From Raillietiella orientalis (lineage: Eukaryota): a stretch of 64,000 nt of DNA. Below the pieces are notes generated by a model. The model had not been told where the DNA came from, searched no databases, and saw only the letters and a program-made list of their open reading frames with translations. The stretch is from assembly GCA_036172245.1 (NCBI GenBank), contig JAYWIR010000016.1, positions 2,480,001 through 2,544,000 of the forward strand. Reading direction: 5' to 3'. The translations under genes and the position numbers were made by a program. Below, piece after piece: positions 50,448 through 62,367 of this stretch (position 1 is its first letter; every line of letters begins with the position of its first letter).

Positions 50448-53400
50448 CCGTCCGGTGCTTCAATCAGACTTGACCCTCAGCTTCTTCCCCTAAGCTGGAA
50501 GACCCCGCAGCTCTGCCGGCCGAGCTGTCGGCTTCTCACCCAGGCTGAGAGCAGGGGAAGTGCCGAGGCTTTCCGTGGATGGAGCATCTTCCACGTCTCC
50601 GTCTCCTGAGCATCTCCTCGAGTTGGAGTTCCTCTTTTCGGCCAATCTCCCTTGTCGTTCAGGAGTGGGGACACCGCATCCCTCCTCCACGAGTCCTCTC
50701 AATGACGAGCACCCTGCACTCTCCCACAAGAAACACGGGACCTTGCCCGCGAGCTTTGAGGAGCGAAATCTTCTGAGTTTTTGACCTCACGGGAGACATC
50801 GTTCTCCCGGCCTCGATAACAGCGGTGGATCCGCTCACCACCCCTCTCCATCCTCAACCATCATCCCGACGCGAGGCTCCGCTCCTGGGCGCGACCGGCC
50901 ACGTGGCTGCTTGGAGCTCATCGCCCGCATGACCCGTGGGTTCGTCCGCTACCTGAGAAGCACGAGAGGCTTCTCTGGCGCGCGCGAGCCGCAATGCGGG
51001 AGTCCTAGCTCCTGTTTGCCAAGCGTCCCCAGTTGCTTCTCTGACAGTTTCCGGAGGACATTCCTCTGCGATCCCAAGAGTTGGGGTTCGCTTGGCGTGC
51101 GCCGACCCTATCTCCTTGGGGAAGAGCACCAAGGAAGGAAGGAGCACGGAATCTCTCGAAGATAAGAGCATCCGCCTCAGGTGAGGGGCGGGGAGAGAAG
51201 ACTTTCCGGGACGTCTGAATCGTGGCGCCTCCTAAGCGAGGACACCGAAACAGTGCCGGAGGGCGGATCCCTATTGCTCACTCCCCTAATGCTGATGGCT
51301 GCTTAGTACAAGAGCGCTTGTACAAGAGTCTGTACGGCCAGAAGAAGGCGCTGCGCGGGAGCACCGTGTCCTTCCTTGCGCATCCGGGTGCGCCACTGTG
51401 CGGTTCAAGCACCTCGGTGTTCACCTGAACGATTCCTCAGTAACGTTTGCAGCGTCGCCGAGGTCTACCTTTGTGCGTGCGCGCGCGAGATCCCCCTGGT
51501 ACACTGTGGCGTTCTGACTGAAAGAGAGGATCCAGATCTCCCGCTCCCCGCTTGCAGGGCCTTCCGTCTGCTGAAGACCCAAGGGGTGCCGAGCATCCTC
51601 AGGACGCGTAGACGGTTGGGACGTCTCTGACCACTGCCCTGGACCGCAGCCTCCCGCTCCGATGCGAGTCTCCCAGGGTACGAACCACGGACGGCCCCTT
51701 TTTTACCCCCCTTTTTTTCCCTTTTTCCTGCCCGCTCCTTCCCGCTCCTGCCAGTATGGCCCCGTGCCCTAACATCGAGGGGCCTCACACTCCATTTAGA
51801 GAAAACGCGCGCCTCGCCGTCACCCTGGCGCCCCGCTTCCCTCAGACGACGGCCTGTAGCCGCGGCGCCCTAATTTGCCAACCTCGCCGCCTCCCCTGGG
51901 AGGAGGAAGAAAGTTCTCGGGACTCCGCTAGAGTGGATTCCCCTTCTTCTCCCCCCCCCCTGTCGGCCGGAGAAAGGCGCTTCATAGATGCCCCACATCG
52001 TTCCTCACTCCGCCGACGCCATCGAAGGAAAAAAAAATTCGCTCCTCGAATGCGAAGAGCCGGGAAGCTGCATCCGAGGCGTCCTCCCTACCTCTCTGCT
52101 TCCCTAGGCAGTTGCTCCTGTGAGGATCTTAGGCTCGCACTCACGGGAAACCAAACTTGCTGGAGAACTGAGAATACCCCCTCTTCCAGCTGACGGTGAA
52201 ACCGACGACTCGTCCGCGAAATCGTGTGCCAGGTGACCTCTGCCCCGAATCCGAGGGAGGAGCAGGCAAAAACCCTCCGGGCTTTCTTCGCTCGCCGGCT
52301 TTCGAAGGTGTGCCATGAGCGGCGACCTCCTCTGAGATCTTTGAGCGGTCCTGTGCAGCATCCTCTCAAGGCGTTCTTCTGCAGCCTCCTCCGCCGAGAG
52401 GGCACAGGGAGCAGCGGCACTCCCCCTGGCTGCTTGCCTGGACCGTCTGAGCTTCTGGGGGAGGCGCCACCGGAGTCCGCGAGCCCTCGACCCGAGTCCT
52501 CGGCAGGCCGCCGCCGCTGCGTCGCGGGTCGAGGAAGAAGCGGCGCGTGACAGCAGCAGCAACGAGAATGCCCGAGGGCGCAGGTGCGCCTATCGTTCGA
52601 TAGATAGGGTTCTGTTTTCCTCAGCCCCTCCTTCCCCTTTCCCTCTTGCCTCGTTGCCAGGGCGACGAGAGATGATCATGGCCTCAACATCCTCGAGAGA
52701 TCCGAGGGAAGCAAGAAGGATCAGCACTATCAGAGAGAAGAAGAGGGGAGGGGAGTGGGGAGGAAGAGAGCCAATCTCGTCGCCTAGGCGCAGGTGGAAC
52801 CAAAGGCATTGTGGGGGTGTGGAGTGGCGGGGCCCCGAGGTACGACCTCCGCATTGATCTCTCCCCCAATGTACCAACTGGAAAGGTGAGTATAAAAGAA
52901 AAGGCGGGAAAGGCTTTCGGAAGCCTCGTTGGTCATGTGAATGAGGAACCTGCGAAGCAGACGCCAAGCAGCGGCGGAGACCGCTGGAATTAAGATGGGG
53001 GGGAGGGAGAGGAAGGAAGGCGACTCATTCCAAATCCACAGAAGGGACGAAGGGATATTTTCATTCAGTCATGGGCTCTCATCCCATGGGCGTCTTTATC
53101 CTCGGGACGTAGAACTGGGACTGCCCCCACCCTCACCTTGGCGCCCTGCGTCTGGTAGTCCCCTCCAAAGGTGTGGACCACACGCTTATCCGCGTATCCT
53201 CAGCCATATCATTCCCTGAGGGAGGGAGCGAGTACGACATGGGGGGGGGAGGAAGGTCACTCGCCATTCTAAGAGCGAACCCAGAAGAGAGACTCCTTCC
53301 GCTCGCGCGCCGAAGCGCCCCGGAGGCTCGGTTGCCACGCCTTGCGCTTGGAAACCGCACGTACGGAAGGGAGGGACCCTGGCAGGAAGAGGGAAGCCGC

Positions 53401-54589
53401 CTCTCATGCTCTCGTGCAGCTCCGGCTGCTTCGGATGGTGCGCCGCGGTGGGCTGGCAGCGAGGGGATCCCGGAGCGTGTGCAGAGGGCGGGACGAGTCG
53501 CCTCGACGTGTCCGTTCATAGGAATTGGCGTTCTTCGCTCTGGGTGCCCAGCACTGCCTCCTTCGGGAGTAGGCATGGAGCGCAGGGAGAGAAAATCACT
53601 ATCTCCCCTTCCCCCCTCTCTCTCCCGCATCTCGAGAACGACGCCTTGGTATCTCCCGACCGACCACGCCCGAGAGAGTGCATCCCGTTTCCGTCGTGCT
53701 CGCGTCGGCACTGCTGACGAGGTCCCTGAGATCCGAGTTCTCTGAGGTGGAGCAGCTCCTTCCGCAGCGTCATCGAGAGAGAGGTTTCCTCGGATACTCC
53801 GAGTTCCTCGTTTTTCTCCCTTTTCTGGGAATTTTGCGACTGGGGGTCACTCCAACGCTTTGCGGCTGGACTCACTCTTCGGCCATTTCTTCCTGCCCGT
53901 TGGTCCGGAAGTCTTCCTTCTCCTCTGCGACTTGATGCTGGAGACCTTGTCCTTGGAGACGGGAGCACCAGCCTTCGCGGCCTCGGACGCAACCGAAGTC
54001 TGGGACAGGGAAGTGCCCACGAGACAAGGCCCCGGCTTCGGCGTCGTCGAGTCGGCTATTCTTTGGCACTGCGTTTCTTTCACCGAATCCTCTTCTTCCC
54101 CCCGGCCCACACGCCCCTTGTCCATCCGGGCCGAGGAACACGCGTCGGTTTCCAGATGCACATTCCTCATTTCCCTCTCCTTCCTCCCTTCTTCCCTGTT
54201 CCGATAAAGGGAGTTTCACGGGACGGCCGCGGGGAGGCGGTCGGAGTAAGCGAGAAAGTACTGGTGGGCCGCCAAGAGCTCCGGGGTCCTCCTTCCCTTC
54301 CCGCGGCTGCGCGGCCCTTGTTTCGCCCTCTTCGCACGGCCTTCGCGTGGGTGGAGCGTCGAAACACTCGAACGAGAGAGGACGGGTGACCTCCCACCCC
54401 GTTCTCCCTTCCCGTCCCCCGCAAGTCTAGTGAAGAGGCACGGGGACGTGCACGCGGGAGCTCCGGGAGGCGTAGGGAGGCTCAGGATGAGAGTGGAGGA
54501 TGATCGGTCCACGTGGTAGCGGCAGCCACCATGGTCAGCGTGGTCGTGGTTACCATCGGCGTCTTCCGTCACCGCCAGCGTTCTTATCA

Positions 54590-55640
54590 TTGAGGAGTCT
54601 GGTTCCTTACTGCTTTCAATCGTGATTGTCGTTGCTAACATCATTACCCCATTCGTGTTCATCTCTATGAGGTTACTGTGGGCAACACAGTAGCCGATTC
54701 ATAGGTGATTACTGACTCGTACGATGACCTCCAAGACCGTTATCATTACCAACTCTCCGAGAGCTGTCGCAAATAGCTGCTGTCCTAATTAATGCCACTG
54801 ATGCTGCCCATGTGCTTTCTATTGAGATAATGACCTTTATTACGAATTCTTCTATTACTACTACTAATCAGTCTCTACTATCGTTGTGGTCACCGGCACC
54901 GTAATAACCATCAGAAATATGAGAATACTACTAGCGTTGCCGCTGCCAGCTATTGTCAGCACCACTGCAATCTTTATAATGATGATTGATAGTATTTTGG
55001 TAGTACGTATCATCGTCATTGCTCTTGATGTTTTTGCCTGCCCTGTTATGGCTGTTGCTATTTCTGTCCATAACCGCTGCTATCTTTTTGATATTATTGT
55101 GGCTGCAAGGTAGTTATAGTAACGACTTACTCCCATTTTTGTTGTTGCTATTATTACTCTTGCGATTAATATTGGTTCCCCACAATAGAAGTATCCTTAC
55201 TCATTACGATTGCCTACAATAATTAGTATTATTGGCATTTTCAATGCTTATATGAATCATTAGTGCAATCATACTATCATCATCATTATTAGTGACGTAT
55301 CTATCATTGCGTTTATGATAATGCATAGCCCTCTTGCTATAATGATTGCTTTTTGCCCTTCTATTGGTCCTGGCAATAGGTCTCCATTAATACTTCTACT
55401 CCCGTGATGAATAGCGTATCACTTTCATTCAGAAGGGAATGGACCATGTTCTCACGTAAGAATCTAATCTTCTGTTGCTTTCATCAGTTGTGAATTCTGT
55501 TTCTGTTATCACTAATGCACTCTTCCTTATTCTTATTTTTTACTATCATTATTATTATCGCGGCCACCACGGCAATAGCTAGGAGGCCTCTATTGTTTTG
55601 TGGCTACTAGTGTTGTTACCACCGCTGCTATTATCAACCA
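54590..55640. repeat. AT-rich degenerate trinucleotide (ATT/ACT/ATC/GTT) low-complexity tract
   Basis: Repeated TATTACTACTACTA, ATCATCATTATTA and TTGTTGTTGCTATTATTA-like motifs, with a sharp GC drop relative to flanks. Confidence 0.8.
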
Positions 55641-56175
55641 CAGCGGCGGCACGCTGTGCTCAACAGTATTGCAGCAACGTTGCAGTTGCGTCGGAAACGA
55701 TTGGTAGGGAAGTGCTAGGGTGTTCACAGTGACATTCTTGTACAGCTGGATAGCACCGGGCGGCCAGAGCATTCTCTTTCCGCGCATACGAAGACAAAGG
55801 GCTGGCAGCGAAAAAGTAGCAGCCAGCTACATGGCCGGTAACGAACCCGCTTGAGGCACTTCGAGCGCAGGCAAAATCTCAGACAGCCGGCCTGCGCGGA
55901 GGACGAACTCTGGGAGCGGCGGAAGTTGTTTTTAGCTTGGGTTGACACGTTAATCGGGAGACCGGTTGTCTTCCATTGACGTTTCTTTGCGTATGTCTTG
56001 TTCGACATGCCCCGCTTCTCCTGCGCAGTAGTTTGGACCCACCTCCGGCGTGTCTCGCTGCGCTGTCGCCAGCAGCCGAATGGAGAAAAAACCCATGGGC
56101 GGCAGCGCTTTTTCACGTCATCCAGGTCGTCTGCTCTCCTCTGCCCTCCCGAGTCCAACAAGCTTCATTCCATTC

Positions 56176-56297
56176 TGTTGCGCTGGCGATCCGGCGGTTG
56201 CCGGTAGCTGCCATTGTTGCGCTGGCGATCCGGCGGTTGCCGGTAGCTGCCATTGTTGCGCTGGAGATCCGGCGGTTGCCGGTAGCTGCCATTGTTG
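56176..56297. repeat. 39-bp minisatellite, three copies plus 5 bp
   Basis: TGTTGCGCTGGCGATCCGGCGGTTGCCGGTAGCTGCCAT at 56176, 56215 and 56254 (one substitution in the third). Confidence 0.95.
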
Positions 56298-58194
56298 TTT
56301 CCGCGGTTAGCAACAGCGGTTGCGTAGCAGACCTGCAGTGCGTGGAGGGAAGGAGAGGAGGGGGATGGAAGTAAACCGAAACAAAACTCTCCCGACTTTG
56401 CCCTCGAAATCCGCGCAGAGATGAGTCCAGGAAGAACTGCAGCGCGTAGCGCAGGGGAATGTCAAACCATTCCCTTCCTCTGAACCGAATGCTGTTGGGA
56501 GAAACTCATCCAGACTAACCACCGCCTCTGGGGAGCGCTTCCATTGCCATTGCAGCGGCTTTCTGTTTCTCTCCCGAGATGCATCGGAAAAGTATAGAAT
56601 GCGGCGCAGCTTCGCCCTCCCTGCCGACGCGTCTTCCTTCTCCGGCGCTTGGAAACCCTCCGTTGTTCGAACCGGAAACGCAGCGGCTCCAACGTCCTCG
56701 GCCGCGGCGGGCGTCTGGCAGCTGCTGGCCTCAGGCGAGCCTGCCCTACTGCCGCGTGGAGAATTCAAATCCCGCGCACTCAGGGACATGCGTACCTCGC
56801 CCAGGATCGGACGGGAGTTCTCACGCAACAGCGCACGACGCCGTTCCCGCGCGAAACCGCGAATCACAACCTCAGATTCAAACGGCCGCTCAAGGAGGAG
56901 GAGGAGGAGGAGGGGGGGGGAGGAGGGGAATGGGGGACGCAGAAGCCGGCGCGAGCGAGAGCGCACCGCACGGTGCGGGGGAGCCACGCCGGAGCGGTGC
57001 GCCTCCGCGAGAGACGGGTGCGACAGTGCCGCGCGTGCTTCCAGCCGCTGACCCCTCGAGCACGGCAATCACGCGTTCGTGATTCGCTGATCCATTACGA
57101 TTCCTCGTGTACGACCCCGGCGAGCGCCGCCGCCGCAGGTCCGTTGAAGCTAAGTGGCAGCCGTCGCGGATGCGTTCTTGTCCGTGTGCGAGCGCGTGAC
57201 GCGGTGTGCGCCAGGTGCCTCTCTCTGCTTTCCCACTTTCGCTTTCGTTTCGCGGAAAACCAAACATGTGCGGCAAAGACGGGCCCAAGTCCGCCTCCTG
57301 CCACAGAGGGCCCCGCATGCTATCGTCGGCCGAGGCTCCTAAGTGAAGCGAAAGATGCGAACACGGTGAACAACAGGGTGAGCGCCAGCCTTTGTCCCAG
57401 TCCCCGCGTCCTGAAAACTGTAGCAAAGAGGAGCGACCTCCCCTCTGCAGGAGCATCTTCCCATAGCTTCTTGGACACCTCGATTTGAACAAGTAAGAGG
57501 ACAAGCATGAGTGCTAGGGGTCAAGAAGGAAAGGACAAAAATCGGAATCAAGTGCTGCCATCGCTGAGCGGCAGACGTAACTACGGGTGAGGTTACAACG
57601 AATCTTTTGTCCGGATGAAAGGATGGAGACTGAAACACGAAACTGCGGAGACTGCAACCGCATGCTGAGACTGGCGGTAGGGGAGGAAAGAGGAAAGCTG
57701 GATGGATGGCGCGAAAAGAGTCGCCAGGCCTTCCTTCCTTTCTCCGACGCGGGTTCCAGTTTAATAGGCGGGGGGCGCCGTTGGCGCGCGATTTTTGTTC
57801 TCTCGGGAAGGCTGTGCTTGCGGAAAAGGAACAGAGAGGGTGAGCGAGTCTTGCGCGCGGGAGGGTCACGCGATTATCTCGTGGGATGGCTGGGCCGCTC
57901 TGCCTCACGCCGTGGGCCCTCTCGCTCCTTCGCGAGGACGGCAAGCCTATCGGCCCCAGGTTCCGCCTTGCCGTTTCACGGCGCAGCCTCTGCCGCGCGT
58001 TGTTTTGTGCTCCACCGAAATTCCGTCGCGCGCACCCTTGCGGGCGCGCGACGGGGATTTTTTATTTCATTTTTTTTTTTTTTCCTGCGTTTCCGACAAG
58101 AGAAGAACAAGAGTGCGGGACACCACCAGCTGTACACCCGGACTGGTGGACTCGTGATGTCGATTCGGACTCAGACTCATCTTCTCTCCCGCAG

Positions 58195-58607
58195 GAGGAA
58201 CTGCGGTCGATCCTCCTCCCCCCTATTCTTCGGCATTCCCCGGGCGCGCTCTCGCTGCAGATCCTGCATATCGTTGGACGTCGGCGGCTGCCCACGGCTA
58301 TCCCGGAACAGCTGCTGCGAGCGTGCGCGCGCGTGCTGGAGAGCGAGCGATCGCGCGGAACGCGGATCTTGGAGGCGACCGCCGAGCTTTCCGTGGGCCC
58401 CTGCGGCAATCACCGGCGACGGCAGCACCGTGGGAGCCTTTGTGCACGAGTAAGAGAAAAGAGGGAGCGTCTCTCCTGGTGAGGAGAGACGACGGCGGTC
58501 TCCGAGGGAGACGCAGCCCTACCGAGTGTTCATCGCCGCGACTGCGCGGGAGTCGAAGGGTCGTCGTCGTTGCCTCCCGTCCGTTCTTCTCCATCCCCTC
58601 GGTCAAG
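58195..58607 (+). CDS. Candidate upstream exon of ANKFN1/wake-like gene (GTAVDPPPPYSSAFPGRALAADPAYRW...); 3' end uncertain (58449, 58478 or 58607)
   Basis: Strong acceptor catcttctctcccgcAG, long open frame, phase-1 start; several possible donors. Confidence 0.45.
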
Positions 58608-59377
58608 GTGTGTGGGAGCGACCAGTATCCGGCCCTTCCTTTCTCCTCAACCCCTCCCCCCATACACACTGAAGTCCTCTGGGACAAGGTACACGATCCC
58701 CGTAGATCGGAGAGTCAGGTGGCAGGAGGGAGGAGGAGGAGAGAAATGCAAACCAAGGGAGGCGCAAGAGGAGAAGATGGGGAGATAGGCAACTCTCTTC
58801 CCTTTCCTCGTCTCCTTGCCAACTCTGGGATGCTACCGTCCGGCACTACTGGTCGGCAAAAAGAAACGACCCTTCCCCTAGGAATCCTGGAAAAGGTGGA
58901 GAACTCTTAGGGACATGAGGAACTCTCCGTTTTTAATTTCCACTGTCGGACCAGTGGTCTCCCGGTTTTCTGGAAGCTGCCGATCCCGGAACTCCAGCTT
59001 GGAGTCTGGTGGAAGGGTGACCCCGAAGCAGCAAGTTTCCCGAGTCTCGTCTGGGGGGACTGAGAGGGGCTCAAGGGAGAGGGGCGGCGGCTTGGGGTGG
59101 CCCCGGACCGAAATCGCTCGGTGATGCTCCGCCTAGCGCGAGGCCACCTCGTCAGCCATGGGGGAATTGCGAGTTTTTCTTTCCGGCAGAAATCAAGACC
59201 GACAGAAATGGAGATCTTCGGCCGTGGACGCGTGGGACCGAGGGCGGAAGACGTGGAGACCACTCCACCCGTAACTCTTGGCGCTATTCCACCTTTCTTT
59301 TTCTTTTTTTGCCCCTCTTCGAAAATCTTTCAGCCTTTTTCCTCTTCTTCACCGCCCACGACTGCCTCGCCCATCAG

Positions 59378-59650
59378 GGTGCCGAAAGGCATCCTGGCAG
59401 ATGAGGTTGCCGGAGGAACGTGGCCCGCGGCTGCTTGTTCTCGGGAAGCGCGCCGCAGCAGCAGCAGCAGCAGCAGCAGCTCTCAGTTGGCTCGAATTTT
59501 TCGAAAAGCTGATAGGGTCGGGGGGGCGAGGACCCCTGATCGACGGAGGCACTCACCGACCAGAGGTCAGGGCGGCGACGCGCAGTTTGGAGAGGGGGAG
59601 AAGGGAGAGAAGAAAAAGAAGCCGAGGTCCCCGCTGATGCGGAACTCCAC
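59378..59650 (+). CDS. Candidate exon of ANKFN1/wake-like gene (..poly-Ser..QLARIFRKAD..KKKKPRSPLMRNST); start uncertain (59378 or 59401)
   Basis: Open frame with (AGC)8 at 59457-59480. The phase-2 donor AC/GTGTGG joins in frame to 60267, giving RNSTVDLLASDGY. Confidence 0.5.
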
Positions 59651-60266
59651 GTGTGGTTGCGAGTGGTGGCGTCCCCCCTCCCCCACGGGTTGCGCGCCTG
59701 CACCTTTGGCCTCGTGGGGCGCAGCCCGAATTCGACCGAGCCGGCGTGGGCGAGCTGTGAGAAAGAACCGGAATCCGGACCAGCAGCGGCCCAAACGCGC
59801 GGGAGTGCCGTGGCGACCGTGGGCGCTCCTCGTTCCCCCGCCCCCGTTGCCCGCTTACCAAGGGGCGGCAGCGGCCGGCGGCTGACGCGTGTCGAGGTCC
59901 GGGCGGGCGAGGTCCTTTCGAGACCACTCGCCACTGCTCCACAGGGAGGTCCCCTGCCCACAGCCCCTCCAGTGCCGCCCCGGGGATCCCCAGGTCTGCG
60001 GCTCGGAATTTTGTTGTCCGTTCTGAGCGACGCTGCGTCGGAAGTCAGGGAGGTGCCAACCCTCGACACCTCTCTCCCAACACCCCACCGCCGCGCCTCT
60101 GAACCTCTTGGACGGCTACTGCGCGCTCGTTGCTGCGTCCTTTCGTCCCCTCCCTTCCTATCAGCAGCGCGCAATCCCGGAGGCGACCGTGGGGCGAGGA
60201 AGAAAGCGGAGGGGCAAAGGGCAACCGCGACAGCAGTTCCCTCTTTTTAGGATGCCGACTCCACAG

Positions 60267-60358
60267 GGTCGACTTGCTGGCTTCTGACGGGTACGAGATG
60301 ACGAGGACGCTCAAGAAAAAGTTCGACAAGCTGAGCAAGATCAACATCCACGTGCACG
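60267..60358 (+). CDS. ANKFN1: ANKFN1/wake-like exon (VDLLASDGYEMTRTLKKKFDKLSKINIHVH)
   Basis: Acceptor ctccacAG (alternative ttttAG at 60250), donor G/GTAGGC. Phase 1 joins 62058 in frame. KINIHxH-A precedes the ankyrin repeats in arthropod wake proteins. Confidence 0.8.
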
Positions 60359-62057
60359 GTAGGCCACACCCCCAACCCCGCCTTCACAGCGTTCCGCTTC
60401 CGGGAATTGTGGAGTTTCGAGTGATTGCAACTCCACCTCAACCGGGAAGATCTCTGTCCCCTTTCCCGCTAGGAAGTTTCCCCTTCCCTCCTGAGGCAAG
60501 GGGACACTGCCATCCTCCCGGCCAAGACACCCGGGGACTCGAACCGGCGGAGGTTGTGGCTTCCCCCGCTCACAGCCCCACTGACCGTTCGTCCCGGGGA
60601 TCCCCCGAGGTTCGAGGACATGCTCCAGGGGAGGGAGAGGACGGGAAGGTCGGCTGATTCACATCTCCGTGGGGACGTCCCCCATCAGGGCAACACGACT
60701 CTCAGGCAACGGGGAAGGCGGAGTCGTGGGGTGAAGGAGCACGGAGGGAAAGGGGAAGACACGGGAAGGAGAAAGCAAATTCCTGTGCCAGAGGACCTGG
60801 GCAATCCAGTGAACTCACTTCCAGCAACCGAAAGGATCTGCTTCTCACACTCCAGGCGCTCCCGATCCTTGTATGCACTTTTCTGAAGAGGAATGGAAGG
60901 ATGGGGTGAGGGAGAAACTCGTGTCTCCAGAAAGGACTGCGCCTTCCTGTGACTCCAGAAAAGACTCCGTTTCCCCTAGATTTGTTTTCCCAGATGTCCC
61001 TGCTTCGGTGTCCTGTTTCTGGAGCGGCTCTCGCTCCTTACATCCCTCCTCGGGGACTCTTTGGGAAGCACATCGAGCTTGTTGAAAGAGATCGAAGAAA
61101 GCGGGGTGCAGCCATGGCGACGACGAAGTCCCAGCATTCCGTTTCCTGCTTCCTCGATTTCCTCCCTCAACAAGATCCATCTTTTAGGTCTCCCAGATTC
61201 AGGGAGCAGAACACCTACGTGTCATGCGCGCTACGCGTATTCAAAGTGGGTCTCGCGAATCGCGCGAGACCCATTTTGAATGAACGAATGCCTCCCCTTC
61301 CTCCTTGCCTCCTCCTCCCTTCCACCTTTCTTCCTCCTATCTCACTCCTTTCCTCTTTCTGCTTTCTTCCTTTCCATCTTTTCCCTTCCTCCTCTTCTTT
61401 TCTTCCTCTGCTCCTACCAGGGCTGTTGGAGGCTCCGTTGCCTGGTCCCAGTCGTCCTGGCCCTGCAATTACGCCAGGAAAAAGGGATGAAAGGGATGGA
61501 GGGAATCGGAAGTGCTCATGTTTGCCTCCCGGAGGGGTGCGCGAGTTGTTGCTCCCGGAGGACACCGTCCTCTCCGGAACGAGCTTCGCCCCAGCGCGGG
61601 CGTCCGCTAGCGCTCCGCAGGAGCCGATGCACGCGTCCATTCCCTCCCCTACGGATTCCCGGAAGGATTCGGAAGTAGGGGAAGGCAGGACGGCACGCGG
61701 CCTCCCTCTCTTCCCCCGTTGCCATCCAGTCCTCGTGTATCTTCGCAGGTCCGCCGAGCACTCCAGTTTCCCCACCGACCGGGAGATTCTGCCGCCCCAC
61801 TCTGGCTTCGCCAGAGGCCACCGCACCGTCCGCCTGCGAGGGCGCGGTGACGGGCGCCTCCGGGGATTCAGAGATGGGTCCGGGGAGTGCTGCGGTGTTC
61901 ATCCTGGGGCATGGGTGGAAAGACACAAAAGTGGAAAAGGGAAGTTTTTCTGGGCACGTGGCGAGTTTGGAGTTGGATGCCCAGAGGGGTTGTGGAAGGG
62001 GTAACCAGCGTCGATCCTGTTCAGGTCTCCCCTCCTGAGAGTCCTCTTTCCTTCCAG

Positions 62058-62136
62058 CGATGTTCGCGGCCATCGAGCACGGGCAGGTCGAGAAGCTGAA
62101 AACCATCCTCAGCATGACGGACGTCGACGTCAACAG
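62058..62136 (+). CDS. ANKFN1: ANKFN1/wake-like ankyrin repeat exon (AMFAAIEHGQVEKLKTILSMTDVDVN)
   Basis: Acceptor ctctttccttccAG, donor AG/GTGACC. Ankyrin consensus, close to wake ALFxAVEHGHLEKARTILESTDVDVN. Confidence 0.9.
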
Positions 62137-62263
62137 GTGACCTTTCTCCCTCTCCTCCTTGCGGGAGCCACTCCCAAACCCCGACCTGTCCCCCTCCCCT
62201 TCCCCTCCTCGTCGATTCTGCTCACTCCGATCCTTCCTCCCCCATAAACTTGGGCCTTTTCAG

Positions 62264-62367
62264 CATGAACCGGGAATACTTCACCCCTCTGGATATCGCC
62301 GTGATGCTGGGAGATCTCCAGATGGTGAACCTCCTGCAGAGCTACGGTGCGGCGGAGAGCAGCCAGT
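62264..62367 (+). CDS. ANKFN1: ANKFN1/wake-like second ankyrin repeat exon (SMNREYFTPLDIAVMLGDLQMVNLLQSYGAAESSQ)
   Basis: Acceptor ccttttcAG, donor T/GTGAGT, phase-2 join restores Ser; TPLDIA...LLxxGA ankyrin motif. Confidence 0.9.

Noticed and set aside
48400..51400. Additional possible RT relics (48.6-49.0 kb, 50.6-51.3 kb; also 12.5-14.4 kb minus strand)
   Set aside because: Only one or two weak motifs each (e.g. FRPISL); not enough to call without a translated search.
54886..55222. Hydrophobic ORFs resembling membrane proteins
   Set aside because: By-product of the ATT/ACT/GTT low-complexity tract.
56176..56297. CRISPR-like appearance of 39-bp repeats
   Set aside because: Units are contiguous without spacers, there are no cas genes, and the context is eukaryotic.
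260..61960. Window-wide enrichment of CACGTG E-boxes
   Set aside because: About 20 sites seen, roughly what base composition predicts for 64 kb.
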